DNA from: a virus
Lineage: Duplodnaviria; Caudoviricetes
Virus record (IMG/VR): IMGVR_UViG_2744054908_000003
Coordinates: 536-64,535 of that record
Direction: 5' to 3' (one strand)
Length of the DNA stretch: 64,000 nucleotides
Under the pieces are notes generated by a model, which was given only the letters and a program-made list of their open reading frames with translations, searched no databases and was not told where the DNA came from. Positions 8,649 through 18,366 of the stretch are shown in pieces. The position numbers and the translations under genes were made by a program. The first letter of the stretch is position 1. Each line of letters opens with the position of its first letter.

Positions 8649-9506
8649 ATGGAACGTCGGCGGTTATTCATTGACGACATATTTATCGGCAATCGCCATC
8701 GTAATGCTGATGGAGCTAAAGTTGCAGAGATTGCGAAGAGCATTGCCGAAGTCGGACTAATGAACCCGCCGGCGGTCTGTATCCGTGACGAAATCGTCAT
8801 GGATGACGGAGAGTTATGCGATGGGGTGGCGGTTTTGATTTATGGCCGCCACCGCTTAGCGGCACTCAAAATGAACGGCGAAGAATATGTAGAATGCGTG
8901 GTTCATGATGTTGACGATCTTCATGCCGAGCTCATGGAGATCGACGAGAACCTGGCCCGTTCGGAACTGTCTCCGGCAGAGGAAGCGGCGCATATCGCGC
9001 GGCGTAAGGTAATCTGGGATGAGATGAATAAAGCCAATTCGAGTGTACGGAATGCGGACGAACGAATTGGATATAAAAACCCGCCGAAAAAAGAAAAACG
9101 GTTCGCGACGTCAACCTCTGAAATTACTGGCAATAGTCGAACTCAGATTTATCAAAAAATCGCACGCGCCGAAAAACTCGGCCATGATATTCAACGCATC
9201 GTCGGCACTAGCCTAGACAAGGGCGTCGAAATGGATGCGCTCATTGGCCTGCCTGACGAAGAACGCGAAAAGCTTATCAGCCGAGCAGAGCGTGGCGAAA
9301 AGGTTAGCGCGCGTCCAGCGCCAGAGCCCAAGCCAATAACCGCCGACAAGGCGCTTGAAATTATTGCCGGTGGCACAGCCAAAGTAGTAGCGTCCAATAA
9401 GGACAGAAAGCGTCAAGCGTTCTGGGATGCGTGGGCCGCGCTGGACGAAGTCGATCGGCAGGAATTCGCCGCGATTATCTGGTCGCAGTATAAGACGGCC
9501 AACTAA
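8649..9506 (+). CDS. ParB N-terminal domain protein
   Basis: IAKSIAEVGLMNPP, YGRHRLAA, EIDENLARSELSPAE. Confidence 0.85.
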   Translation: MERRRLFIDDIFIGNRHRNADGAKVAEIAKSIAEVGLMNPPAVCIRDEIVMDDGELCDGVAVLIYGRHRLAALKMNGEEYVECVVHDVDDLHAELMEIDENLARSELSPAEEAAHIARRKVIWDEMNKANSSVRNADERIGYKNPPKKEKRFATSTSEITGNSRTQIYQKIARAEKLGHDIQRIVGTSLDKGVEMDALIGLPDEEREKLISRAERGEKVSARPAPEPKPITADKALEIIAGGTAKVVASNKDRKRQAFWDAWAALDEVDRQEFAAIIWSQYKTAN

Positions 9507-9690
9507 AAAGCAGGCTGTTATGGGTCGGCACCACCCGTTACCCCAGCCTGCCCGTACGTCGCGGTTAACACGAGGAGGGCCGAAGCCGCTTCTACGCCGC
9601 GATTTCCTTCGCAGGTACCACCCCGCGCGACCAGACAGATGCCGTTAGACACGGCACTTGTCAACAGTCACCAACCACACACGAGGAGAC

Positions 9691-9975
9691 ATGCAGCATT
9701 CATCAAGGCACGAACTGCAGGCAACTGCCGCCGCGCACCGTAAAAATGGCGCGTCGTTCGGGAAGATTGCGGAATTGATGGGCATTACCAGAGGCCACGC
9801 CTGGTCGCTGCTTTCGGAAAGATCGCCCACGCTACCGGCGCCAGAGCCAACAGAGAAGACCGTTGTGCGGCGCACAACTTTTAACGGCGGTTATTCGGGA
9901 GGATGCATGGACATTTATGTCTCGCTGCCCCGCATAACCATTCTGGACGGTCCATTTACAGGCACAGTCCACTAG
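9691..9975 (+). CDS. Small HTH DNA-binding protein
   Basis: GASFGKIAELMGITRGHAWSLL; ACACGAGGAG leader. Confidence 0.7.
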   Translation: MQHSSRHELQATAAAHRKNGASFGKIAELMGITRGHAWSLLSERSPTLPAPEPTEKTVVRRTTFNGGYSGGCMDIYVSLPRITILDGPFTGTVH

Positions 9976-10042
9976 CCTTTTGAGGCAGGCCGACCGCGAG
10001 GATGACGGGGCCGACGACTAACCTCCCGACGAGGAGGCCATC

Positions 10043-10213
10043 TTGAAAACGAAATATACACGAACGGGCGAGCGGGACATGACAAACCGCAAGCCTTACC
10101 GGACGGCTGCGCAAAAAGCAGAAGCGCGGCAGTACGCACTGTTGAAGGACGGCCGTTACGTTTCCAACGCGCCAGTCACTTACCACCGCGCACCGAAAAG
10201 AGGTGCCGCATGA
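10043..10213 (+). CDS. Small basic hypothetical protein (56 aa, TTG start)
   Basis: ACGAGGAGG SD; stop overlaps next ATG. Confidence 0.5.
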   Translation: MKTKYTRTGERDMTNRKPYRTAAQKAEARQYALLKDGRYVSNAPVTYHRAPKRGAA

Positions 10214-10470
10214 CCAATCCTATGATTTCGGCGGTGCTGGATGCACTGAAGAACAACCCAGCCGAATGGCACTTTACTGAGTATCGCGCCACCAATCGCA
10301 ATCGTGGCATCGACATCTGGATCGGCAATGGCCTGTATGGGCTTGATGTCAACGGTTACGGCAGCGTGACGGTTCTTTCATGCTTTTTCGGATGGCTTAT
10401 TCCATGGCGCTTACGCGTTCGGCGAGCCGTATGGCGTGCCAAGGCGGCGCAGATTCGAGGTGCCGCATGA
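10210..10470 (+). CDS. Hypothetical phage protein
   Basis: ATGA coupling at both ends. Confidence 0.6.
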   Translation: MTNPMISAVLDALKNNPAEWHFTEYRATNRNRGIDIWIGNGLYGLDVNGYGSVTVLSCFFGWLIPWRLRVRRAVWRAKAAQIRGAA

Positions 10471-10769
10471 CTTGCGATTGCGGTGAATGCTGGGATTTGC
10501 CCGGCGAAATCGTCGTCCACCGGCTTTGGAAGTGGAAGGGCATCATCATCGAGGAGCGGGACAGCTTTCGCTGGCTAACTGTGCGTTTCATGATTCCCGG
10601 CACGGGCCTTGTGCAGCTTGAAGTCTCGCGCTTCGAAGTCGATCCCGATTTTGAAGAGGACGGCGACGGTGTCGAGGCTGACAGGCCCGAAGATGACAAC
10701 GTCATCCCGGTCGATTTCACCAAGAAAGTGAAGCTTACGAAAAACACCAAGACGAGGGGAGTAGCGTGA
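10467..10769 (+). CDS. Hypothetical phage protein (MTCDCGEC...)
   Basis: GAGG SD; ATGA coupling. Confidence 0.6.
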   Translation: MTCDCGECWDLPGEIVVHRLWKWKGIIIEERDSFRWLTVRFMIPGTGLVQLEVSRFEVDPDFEEDGDGVEADRPEDDNVIPVDFTKKVKLTKNTKTRGVA

Positions 10770-11261
10770 TGACCTCCACCACGTACAGCCACACGCGCAA
10801 CTATGCGCCCAAAGACTACGCGGATGGCGACACCCTCTATGAGCGGGAAACCACGCTCGGACTTGGTGACCGCTTTCTATGGGGCTTGGCAGTTGTAGCT
10901 GCGCTCGCTCTGACCGTCGGCTTTTACGCATGGGTGTTGGCATGATTTCCTTCGCCACAAAAGCCACGGCTCACATGCCGTACATCGATCCCGGGCGAAA
11001 GCCCGGTGTCGGTCGCATCGGGCAATCCTTGGCGCTTGCAGCGTTCGCGCTGGCAATCGCCACGACAATTGCAGCGTTCCTGTTCTGGAACCTGCTGCTG
11101 CCGTTCTATGGGCTGCTTTATCTGTGGGGTGCGCACTAATGCCCAGCAGACCTCCACGCGACAACTGCGCAGCAGCCCTCACAAGCGCACCGGCATGGCT
11201 TGTCGGCTGGCTCATACTTGCGGCTGTCATCGCCCCAATCGCCGTTACCCACCACACCTAA
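10769..11261 (+). CDS. Three coupled small single-TM proteins (10769-10945, 10942-11139, 11139-11261)
   Basis: Overlapping start/stop codons; each has a hydrophobic C-terminal helix. Confidence 0.5.
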
Positions 11262-11279
11262 TGAACACGAGGAGACGAC

Positions 11280-12089
11280 ATGTCTGTTTTTGACAGATTG
11301 AAGTCCAGTAAACGCAAGACGCCACCGTCGATTGCCATTTACGGCACGCCCGGCGTCGGAAAAACCAGTCTTGCTGCTGAGTTCCCAAAGCCGATCTATC
11401 TTTATGTTGAAGGCGAGGAGCCGCCAGACGGCATCGACCTACCAAGTGCTGAAATCACTTCGTTCAGCGACCTTCTGGATACTTTCGGAGAAATTCTGAC
11501 CGAAGAACACGAATTTCAGACTGTCATTCTGGATTCGGTCGACAAGATCGAGCCGATGGTTTGGGCTGCGACCTGCGCGCGAAACGGATGGGATTCCATC
11601 GATAGCAACGACAAGGGCTCCCCTACAGCTTTTGGCAAGGGTTACCTTGCCGCCGACGTCGAGTGGAAAGAATACCATGAGGCTATCGCTGCGCTGAACC
11701 GGGCAGGACTGTTTGTAATTCAGATACTGCACAGCGAAGCTAAGTCGTTCAACGATCCACTCGTGGATTCGTATGATCGATATCGCCCGAAATTGCAGAA
11801 GAGGGCTCTCGATCTCGTCATCGAAAACTGTAAGGCGCTCCTATTCCTCAACCGCCGCACGTCCGTAAAGCAAGTGAAGGAAGGCTTCGGCGGCGAAAAG
11901 AAGAATAAGCCAGAGGGGATGTCTGGCGCCGAACGCGTCATCCATACCGATGAACGAGCAGGGTTCTTGGCAAAGAACCGGCTGAAAGGTGCTCCGGCCA
12001 CCATTCCATATCGGCAAGGGCATGGCTTCGAGGAGCTTTCAAAATACCTCGATGCCGCCAACGACAACGACCAGAGGGAGGCGGCTTGA
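11280..12089 (+). CDS. Sak4-like (AAA_24) ATPase/recombinase
   Basis: GTPGVGKT, VILDSVD, AFGKGY, AKNR; ends AANDNDQREAA. Confidence 0.85.
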   Translation: MSVFDRLKSSKRKTPPSIAIYGTPGVGKTSLAAEFPKPIYLYVEGEEPPDGIDLPSAEITSFSDLLDTFGEILTEEHEFQTVILDSVDKIEPMVWAATCARNGWDSIDSNDKGSPTAFGKGYLAADVEWKEYHEAIAALNRAGLFVIQILHSEAKSFNDPLVDSYDRYRPKLQKRALDLVIENCKALLFLNRRTSVKQVKEGFGGEKKNKPEGMSGAERVIHTDERAGFLAKNRLKGAPATIPYRQGHGFEELSKYLDAANDNDQREAA

Positions 12090-12331
12090 TGGAAAAAGCT
12101 CTAGCTGGCCTTGTCGCAATCGCGGCCATCCTCTTCTTCGCACCGCTCATCGGCGTTCTCGGTGGCGCGTTCGTCGGCTGGGTCGTGGGCCTGTTTTTCG
12201 CAGAAACGATCCATGCGTTCCTTGCCGCCGTTGGCATCGACGCGGCGGGCCTTGCGATGTGGCAGATCGGCGCTTCGCTCGGCTTCATCGGTGGGTTCTT
12301 CCGCCCGGCTATCCATCGGCCGAAGGCGTAG
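12089..12331 (+). CDS. Small membrane protein
   Basis: Gly-rich hydrophobic helices; coupled start. Confidence 0.65.
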   Translation: MEKALAGLVAIAAILFFAPLIGVLGGAFVGWVVGLFFAETIHAFLAAVGIDAAGLAMWQIGASLGFIGGFFRPAIHRPKA

Positions 12332-12334
12332 CCG

Positions 12335-13111
12335 GTGAATGATGAAGATAAGCTTCCGCGCACCCGCGCGGAGGCCAGGCAGACCGGAGCAACGCATTAC
12401 TTTACGGGCAAGCCGTGCAAGCATGGGCATGTTGAATATCGGCTAACCAGTAGCGGACAGTGCGCAGAATGTGCCCGTATCCAAAATCGTAAATCCTACC
12501 CCGAGCGAGCCCAGAAAATAAAAGAATATCAAGCTGAATACAGAGAAGCGAACAAAGAAAAGCTTCTGGAATACGCGAGGGAATGGCGGAAAAATAATCG
12601 AAGCCGGGCCGCGTTAAACACCAAGAAATGGAAAGAAAACAACCCGGATCATCGACTGAAGAACATAGAACATAGGCGGGCTAAGGATAGAGAGTATCAG
12701 GATAAAAGACGATCTACACCGAAGGGCAGGATCGATGACGCTCTATCGGCTGGGATAAGGGACACGCTAAAGCGTGGAGAAAAGCGCGGGACCAGATGGG
12801 AAGTTCTCGTCGGTTACACGATTGATGAACTAATTGCCCACTTAGAAAAGCAATTCCATCGCGGAATGACATGGGAAAACTATGGGCGCGGTGGATGGCA
12901 TATCGATCATATTATTCCCCGGTCAGCATTCAACTACGAAACGATCGAAGATATCGATTTCAAACGATGCTGGGCGCTGGAAAACCTTCAACCGCTCTGG
13001 GAGAAGGACAATATCTCGAAAGGCTCAAAACTCACCAAGCCTTTCCAACCATCGTTAACGCTGGCCGTTAATGACAACCAACCACCACGTAAAACACGAG
13101 GAGCCGCTTAG
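12335..13111 (+). CDS. Free-standing HNH homing-type endonuclease
   Basis: YFTGKPCKHGH...CAEC N-terminus; WENYG..WHIDHIIP...NLQPLW..DN..KG. Confidence 0.85.
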   Translation: MNDEDKLPRTRAEARQTGATHYFTGKPCKHGHVEYRLTSSGQCAECARIQNRKSYPERAQKIKEYQAEYREANKEKLLEYAREWRKNNRSRAALNTKKWKENNPDHRLKNIEHRRAKDREYQDKRRSTPKGRIDDALSAGIRDTLKRGEKRGTRWEVLVGYTIDELIAHLEKQFHRGMTWENYGRGGWHIDHIIPRSAFNYETIEDIDFKRCWALENLQPLWEKDNISKGSKLTKPFQPSLTLAVNDNQPPRKTRGAA

Positions 13112-13678
13112 ATGGCATCACTAGGAAAAACCTACGTCGCCGGAGACGTAGATACCACACAGAGAGATTTCGAAGACCTCCCAGCCGGGATCATGCAGTT
13201 CGAAATAGAGGCCACCGATATCGTAGATACCGGCCCTGAAGGAGCCCGCACTGGTTGCGGTCTCAAATATACGGCAAACGTTATCGCGCCCGATGAGGTT
13301 AAGGGGCGCAAGTTCTTCGGATTTATCAATCTCGAAAACAAAAATCCAATAGCGCAAGAGATTGGGCAGCGCGAATTTGGAGCCATGCGTCGTGCAATGG
13401 GGCTGGACGAAGTCAGCGATACCGAGGAGCTTCATTTCCGCTCCTATACCGTCAAGCTCGGCCTCGGTAAGCCTTCCAAGGATGGGAAATACCCGGCACG
13501 CATGGAAGTAAAGCGGTACTTTTTTGAAGACGAAGGAAACGTTCCCCAGCCTTCGATCGACGCCAACCAGCCGGTAGCGCAGGCCCGTCCAGCGAATGAC
13601 AACCGACCGGCTGCAGCGAACAGCAATAAGCCGGCACCGGCGGCTGCTGCGGCAGGCAAGAAGCGCCCTTGGGGTTAA
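13112..13678 (+). CDS. DUF669-like single-stranded DNA-binding protein
   Basis: FEDLPAG, KGRKFF, AQEIGQR; typical position after sak4; flexible tail ending PWG. Confidence 0.7.
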   Translation: MASLGKTYVAGDVDTTQRDFEDLPAGIMQFEIEATDIVDTGPEGARTGCGLKYTANVIAPDEVKGRKFFGFINLENKNPIAQEIGQREFGAMRRAMGLDEVSDTEELHFRSYTVKLGLGKPSKDGKYPARMEVKRYFFEDEGNVPQPSIDANQPVAQARPANDNRPAAANSNKPAPAAAAAGKKRPWG

Positions 13679-13738
13679 GCTAAACAACAGGCGCGGTTAC
13701 CAGCCGCGCCTTCTACCACTAAACACGAGGAGACTTTG

Positions 13739-14788
13739 ATGAGAGTCAGCATTGACCGCTCACAGCTCGCGCACGCCTTGGCTACCGTCACGCGTGCCAT
13801 CGAAAGCCGCAACACGATTCCTATTCTCGCCAACGTCCTCTTGGCGGTCGAGGACGGCCAATTGCGCCTCACCGGGACCGATCTGGACGTTGAGATTACG
13901 ACCAGCTTGCCGGTGCTCGACTGCCAGCCCGGCAGCGTAACCGTTCCCGGCAAGATGCTTGCGGACATCGCAAAGCGCGCGACGGGCGACATTACCCTTG
14001 ATCTGGATGCAGCTAGCGATGGAGGCCGACTTACAGTCGCGTCTGGCAGCAGCCGTTACAAGCTCGACGTCTTGCCCGCTGAAGACTTCCCGTCCTTTAG
14101 CGCTGGGAAGTTCGACACGACCCTTGAGCTTGATCTGGCAGTGCTTGTCGCGCCGTGTGTGCACTGCATTTCGACGGACGAGACACGTTATTATCTGGCT
14201 GGCGTTTATCTGCATGCCGTTGACGGCCGCTTGGTTGCTGTCGCAACCGACGGGCACCGGCTGATGCGCAATGTCGGCCCTGCCGGCGACTTGAACTACG
14301 GCGTGATCCTGCCGCGAAAGCTGGTAGGCCTGCTGCCGAAAAGTGCGGTTACGGTCGAACTGTCCCAGAACAAGGTGCGCGTCACCTCTGGCTCGACGGT
14401 GATCACGAGCAAGCTGATTGATGGCACGTTCCCCGACTACGTGCGCGTCATTCCAACCGGCAATAGCAACGTGCTTACCGTCGATCGGCAGGCACTCATG
14501 AAGGCGGTCGAGCGTGTCGCCGCGGTTGCGGATGACAAATCGCGAGCCGTGAAATTCGCAGTCGGCGATGTGCTGCGACTGATGCTGGCTGACAAGGCTA
14601 GCGATGAAGTTTCGATTGAATTCGAGGGCGAGCCTTTGGAAACCGGATTTAACGCCCGGTACGTAAACGACATGCTTGGCGCTCTGGATGAACCGAACGT
14701 GCGTTTCGCGCTCGGCGATGCTGGCATGCCTGCTGTCGTCAAAGGCGAGGGCGAGTGGACTGCGGTCTTGATGCCGATGAGGGTTTAA
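13739..14788 (+). CDS. dnaN: DNA polymerase III beta subunit (sliding clamp), phage-encoded
   Basis: RNTIPILANVL, GTDLD, ETRYYL, ATDGHRL, SKLIDGTFPDY, VLMPMR. Confidence 0.95.
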   Translation: MRVSIDRSQLAHALATVTRAIESRNTIPILANVLLAVEDGQLRLTGTDLDVEITTSLPVLDCQPGSVTVPGKMLADIAKRATGDITLDLDAASDGGRLTVASGSSRYKLDVLPAEDFPSFSAGKFDTTLELDLAVLVAPCVHCISTDETRYYLAGVYLHAVDGRLVAVATDGHRLMRNVGPAGDLNYGVILPRKLVGLLPKSAVTVELSQNKVRVTSGSTVITSKLIDGTFPDYVRVIPTGNSNVLTVDRQALMKAVERVAAVADDKSRAVKFAVGDVLRLMLADKASDEVSIEFEGEPLETGFNARYVNDMLGALDEPNVRFALGDAGMPAVVKGEGEWTAVLMPMRV

Positions 14789-14790
14789 GA

Positions 14791-15729
14791 ATGGCTCCCC
14801 TCCCAAAAGCTGAATCCAGTACCGTCCGCGCCATTTATCAAGCTTACGAGTCCCAGGCCAAGTCCTGGGACTCGTGGGGCATCAGCGTGGGAGAGGCTGG
14901 CACTGAATGCGACCGCGCGCTTTGGTACGGCTTCCGCTGGGTCTCGGCGCACGAGGTCCATTCTGGCCGCCAGCTCCGCCTGTTCGCCACCGGCAATATC
15001 GAGGAAGACCGCTTGATAGCCGACCTCGAACGCATTGGCGTCGACGTTTACGGGCAGCAGGACAAAATCAGACTGGTATCGGGTTTCGTGCGTGGCAAGT
15101 GCGACGGCAAAGCAATGGGTGTTCCAGAAGCACCAAAGACCGAACACCTGCTGGAATTCAAGTCGAGCAACGAGAAGGGCATCAAGGAACTGCAAAAGCA
15201 CGGCTGCCAGAAAGCCAAACCACTTCACTATGCCCAGTGCCAGCTTGGAATGCAGGCTTTTGGATTGACGCGCTGCCTGTATCTGGCGTCGTGCAAGAAC
15301 ACTGACACACTCTATGCCGAGAGGATCGAATACGATGTCGAGTTCTGCTTGCAGCTGCTGGCGCGCTGTGAACGCATCGTATTTTCGGACGAGCCGCCAA
15401 GCCGTATCAGCGAAGATCCGGAGTTCTTCGGCTGCATGTCCTGCAAGCACCGTGGAGTCTGCCACGAAGGCGTGCAGCCGCGCGTTAACTGCCGCACTTG
15501 CCTTCATGTTCAGCCCGAGCATGGCGGTGATTGCCACATGTCATGCGCTCGCTGGAACAAGCCATTGTCGATCGACGAGCAGCGAGACGGCTGCCCGGCT
15601 CACCTCTATCTGCCGGGGTTGATAAATGGCGAGCAGATCGATGCCGACGAGGTCGCGGAGATGGTCACATACCGGCTGGCGACGGGTGAGATTTGGGTGG
15701 ATGGGGTGAGGGGAGAAGTCAGTGGTTAG
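14791..15729 (+). CDS. Cas4-like PD-(D/E)XK exonuclease
   Basis: GKCDG...LLEFKS...HYAQCQ plus C-terminal Cys cluster. Confidence 0.8.
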   Translation: MAPLPKAESSTVRAIYQAYESQAKSWDSWGISVGEAGTECDRALWYGFRWVSAHEVHSGRQLRLFATGNIEEDRLIADLERIGVDVYGQQDKIRLVSGFVRGKCDGKAMGVPEAPKTEHLLEFKSSNEKGIKELQKHGCQKAKPLHYAQCQLGMQAFGLTRCLYLASCKNTDTLYAERIEYDVEFCLQLLARCERIVFSDEPPSRISEDPEFFGCMSCKHRGVCHEGVQPRVNCRTCLHVQPEHGGDCHMSCARWNKPLSIDEQRDGCPAHLYLPGLINGEQIDADEVAEMVTYRLATGEIWVDGVRGEVSG

Positions 15730-16346
15730 GACCAGTACTGGGAGAGATAGCGGTAATGCGCATCGGCTTCGTCCTGTATCTCGCTTGCGAAATCGCGAAG
15801 TTCTTCGAGCGCATCTTCGGCCTGTTTGCGTTTAGCTGCAGTTTCAACCGTTCTGGAACCAAACTCGCGAATATCATCGAAGAAAGAAACAAGTAAGCCG
15901 TAAATACGACGTGGGATGAATTTCTCTATTTCATGAAGCTCATCAAAATCAGGTGTCGGGAGGCGAACAATATTAAGTGTACGCAAGAATATGTCGTTAG
16001 TGACGCTTTGAAGAGTAGAACGCTTAATCGGATATGTCCATGAGCTTATCTTATCGATAGCCTCTATTTCTTTCCTCAAGCCCCTCTTCACTGTTGCAAC
16101 ATGCTGCCTCCGATTAGCATCCAACTGCTGTTTCGCAACAACCACAGCCACCAGAACTGGAATGCCAGCGAGAATCGTCCCGTAGTCCTTCATAAGCGTC
16201 AGGAATGCCTCGCCTAACGAAGGCAGCTTCGCATAGAGCGCGCCAAAAACCATAGCACAGACACCGACGTATACGGCCGTCGCAACATACAAAACAGCCG
16301 AAGAAAACTGCTCGTTTTCTTTCTCGAGTTTTTCATTATCAGACAA
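15726..16346 (-). CDS. Antisense-oriented membrane protein (moron)
   Basis: Two N-terminal TM helices; AT-richer than flanks; inserted between nuclease and helicase. Confidence 0.75.
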   Translation of the reverse strand: MSDNEKLEKENEQFSSAVLYVATAVYVGVCAMVFGALYAKLPSLGEAFLTLMKDYGTILAGIPVLVAVVVAKQQLDANRRQHVATVKRGLRKEIEAIDKISSWTYPIKRSTLQSVTNDIFLRTLNIVRLPTPDFDELHEIEKFIPRRIYGLLVSFFDDIREFGSRTVETAAKRKQAEDALEELRDFASEIQDEADAHYRYLSQYWS

Positions 16347-16360
16347 GGTAACGCCCCCAA

Positions 16361-18085
16361 ATGCTAACCTTACGCGATTATCAACGCGCCTCGGTTGACG
16401 GCCTTTACGACTACTGGCGCGAACAACCCGGCTCTCCTCTTATCGTGCTTCCGACGGGCGGCGGCAAGAGCCTAGTGCTGGGCACGATCTGCAAGGAATT
16501 GATCGAAGGCTGGCCCGACATGCGGGTGCTTGTCGTGACGCATGTTCGCGAGCTCATTCTCTCGAACTATCAGGAGCTTTTGAACATCTGGCCGTTCGCG
16601 CCAGCTGGCATTTTTTCGGCTGGCGTAGGCCGGCGGGATGTGAAGGCGCAGATCGTTTTTGGCGGCGTGCAGACCATCGCAAACAAGGCGGAGCAGATCG
16701 GCCACATCGACGTCGTTCTGGTCGATGAGGCCCACCTCATGCCGCGCAATTCCGAAACGCAGTATGGCAAGCTGATCGAGGGCCTGCGCGCCATCAACCC
16801 TGATCTGAAGCTGGTTGGTCTCACAGCCACGCCTTATCGCTTGGGCGAGGGGCTTTTGACGGAAGGTGACGGCGCACTTTTCGACGACATCTGCTTTGAA
16901 AAGCCAATCGGCGAAATGATCGAGGAAGGCTATCTGTGCCGTCCTATTTCGAAGGGCATGGCGACTGCCTTCGACCTGTCCGGCGTTGGCAAGCAGGGCG
17001 GCGATTACAAACAGAACGCGCTCCAGGCTGCCATCGACAAGGACGATATCACGGCTTCCGTGGTCGACGAGATCATCACATACGGCACGGCGTCCGGTGC
17101 GGAGCGCAAGGCTTGGCTGTGCTTTTGCAGTGGCGTCGAACATGCCCGGCATATGCGAGACGAAATTCGTAGTCGGGGCTTTAGTTGTGAGACTGTGACT
17201 GGCGACACCCCGACCGGTGAGCGGGATCGCATTCTGGCTGATTTTAAGGCTGGCAAGATCCGCGCCTTGACGAATAACTCGGTACTAACAACCGGCACGA
17301 ACCTGCCGATCATCGATCTGGTCGCGTTCTGTCGCCCAACCTTATCAGCGGGCCTTTATGTCCAGATGGCGGGGCGTGGCTTACGGCTTTATCCGGGCAA
17401 GGAGAACTGCCTGTTTTTGGATTTTGCGGGTGTCGTGCGCAAGCACGGGCCCATCGATGCAGTAACGCCGCCGGGTATGAAGAAAGGCGATGGGGAGGCG
17501 CCAGTGAAGCAATGTCCGCAAGAGCCTGACGATCGTGGTTTAGTAGGCTGCGGCTCGCTGATCCATGCCTCGCTGCATACCTGTCCGGATTGCGGGTATG
17601 AATTCCCGGTTGATGAAACACCGAAGATATCTGCACAGGCCGAAGATGTGCCGATGTTGTCGAAGGACAAAGCCAGCACCCGTCAGGTGGAGCGCCGCAC
17701 CTTCGCATACCACGAAGGCAAGGCCGGTAAGCAGGACAGCGTGAAGGTGTCCTACTGGGTTGGCATGTCGCCAATCAACGAATGGTTGGGGCCCGCCCAC
17801 ACAGGCTTCTTTAAATCGAAGTCAGACCGGTGGTGGCGAAAGCACGGTGGGCAGGCACCGTTCCCGAAAACTGTGCTGGAATTCATTGAGCGCCAGAACG
17901 AGCTGCTGCCGACCGCGGAAATCGTTGTGAAGCCGAACGGCAAATACTGGGAAGTGGTCGATGCCATTGCGGGAGCTGCAAATGACAACGTGCCAGAGGC
18001 GAGCAACGACAATGTGCCGGCATCAAACTATGGCCGAGTATCTGCCGGGCTGGCTGACGTATTGGATGACGATATTCCGTTCTAG
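16361..18085 (+). CDS. SF2 DEAH helicase (RadD/ResIII-like) with Zn ribbon and SSB-like DDDIPF tail
   Basis: PTGGGKS, DEAH, TAT, QMAGRGLR, CPDC. Confidence 0.92.
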   Translation: MLTLRDYQRASVDGLYDYWREQPGSPLIVLPTGGGKSLVLGTICKELIEGWPDMRVLVVTHVRELILSNYQELLNIWPFAPAGIFSAGVGRRDVKAQIVFGGVQTIANKAEQIGHIDVVLVDEAHLMPRNSETQYGKLIEGLRAINPDLKLVGLTATPYRLGEGLLTEGDGALFDDICFEKPIGEMIEEGYLCRPISKGMATAFDLSGVGKQGGDYKQNALQAAIDKDDITASVVDEIITYGTASGAERKAWLCFCSGVEHARHMRDEIRSRGFSCETVTGDTPTGERDRILADFKAGKIRALTNNSVLTTGTNLPIIDLVAFCRPTLSAGLYVQMAGRGLRLYPGKENCLFLDFAGVVRKHGPIDAVTPPGMKKGDGEAPVKQCPQEPDDRGLVGCGSLIHASLHTCPDCGYEFPVDETPKISAQAEDVPMLSKDKASTRQVERRTFAYHEGKAGKQDSVKVSYWVGMSPINEWLGPAHTGFFKSKSDRWWRKHGGQAPFPKTVLEFIERQNELLPTAEIVVKPNGKYWEVVDAIAGAANDNVPEASNDNVPASNYGRVSAGLADVLDDDIPF

Positions 18086-18242
18086 GAGTTCCGCATCGCA
18101 TGTTGGGGCGGGGGGCTCTGGTTCATGCGATGCGGATGCATTCCAGAGAAGGTTTGCGGCACTAGGATATGGTCATATTAGCGAATGGTGAAATAACAGA
18201 ATGTAACGGTTGCCAACATTAGGCACCGCAACTGCATGAAAT

Positions 18243-18360
18243 AGAAAAGCCCGCTTCGCGATTGGGAGGAGGAGCGAAGCGGGCCGATCTGAAAAGCGCG
18301 GTTGGGAGGAGGAGTACCGCGCTTAGGGTCCGGTTTTTGGGAGGAGGAGTAAAACCGGAC
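18243..18360 (-). ncRNA. Cuckoo / alpha-r14 family sRNA (three hairpins, loops CUCCUCCUCCCAA)
   Basis: Three TTGGGAGGAGGAG copies each flanked by inverted repeats; U-tract after last hairpin. Confidence 0.85.
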
Positions 18361-18366
18361 GAGGCG

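Noticed and set aside
13760-14806. Long antisense ORFs over dnaN (348 aa), capsid (34976-36292) and tail J (48407-49462)
   Set aside because: Shadow frames of GC-rich genes with no motifs or RBS
14791-15729. Cas4-like gene as part of CRISPR-Cas
   Set aside because: Standard stand-alone phage recombination nuclease; no array or cas1/cas2
18243-18360. Triple TTGGGAGGAGGAG repeat as a mini-CRISPR
   Set aside because: Repeats are only 13 nt, the intervening sequences are self-complementary stems, and there is no cas operon; fits a cuckoo sRNA
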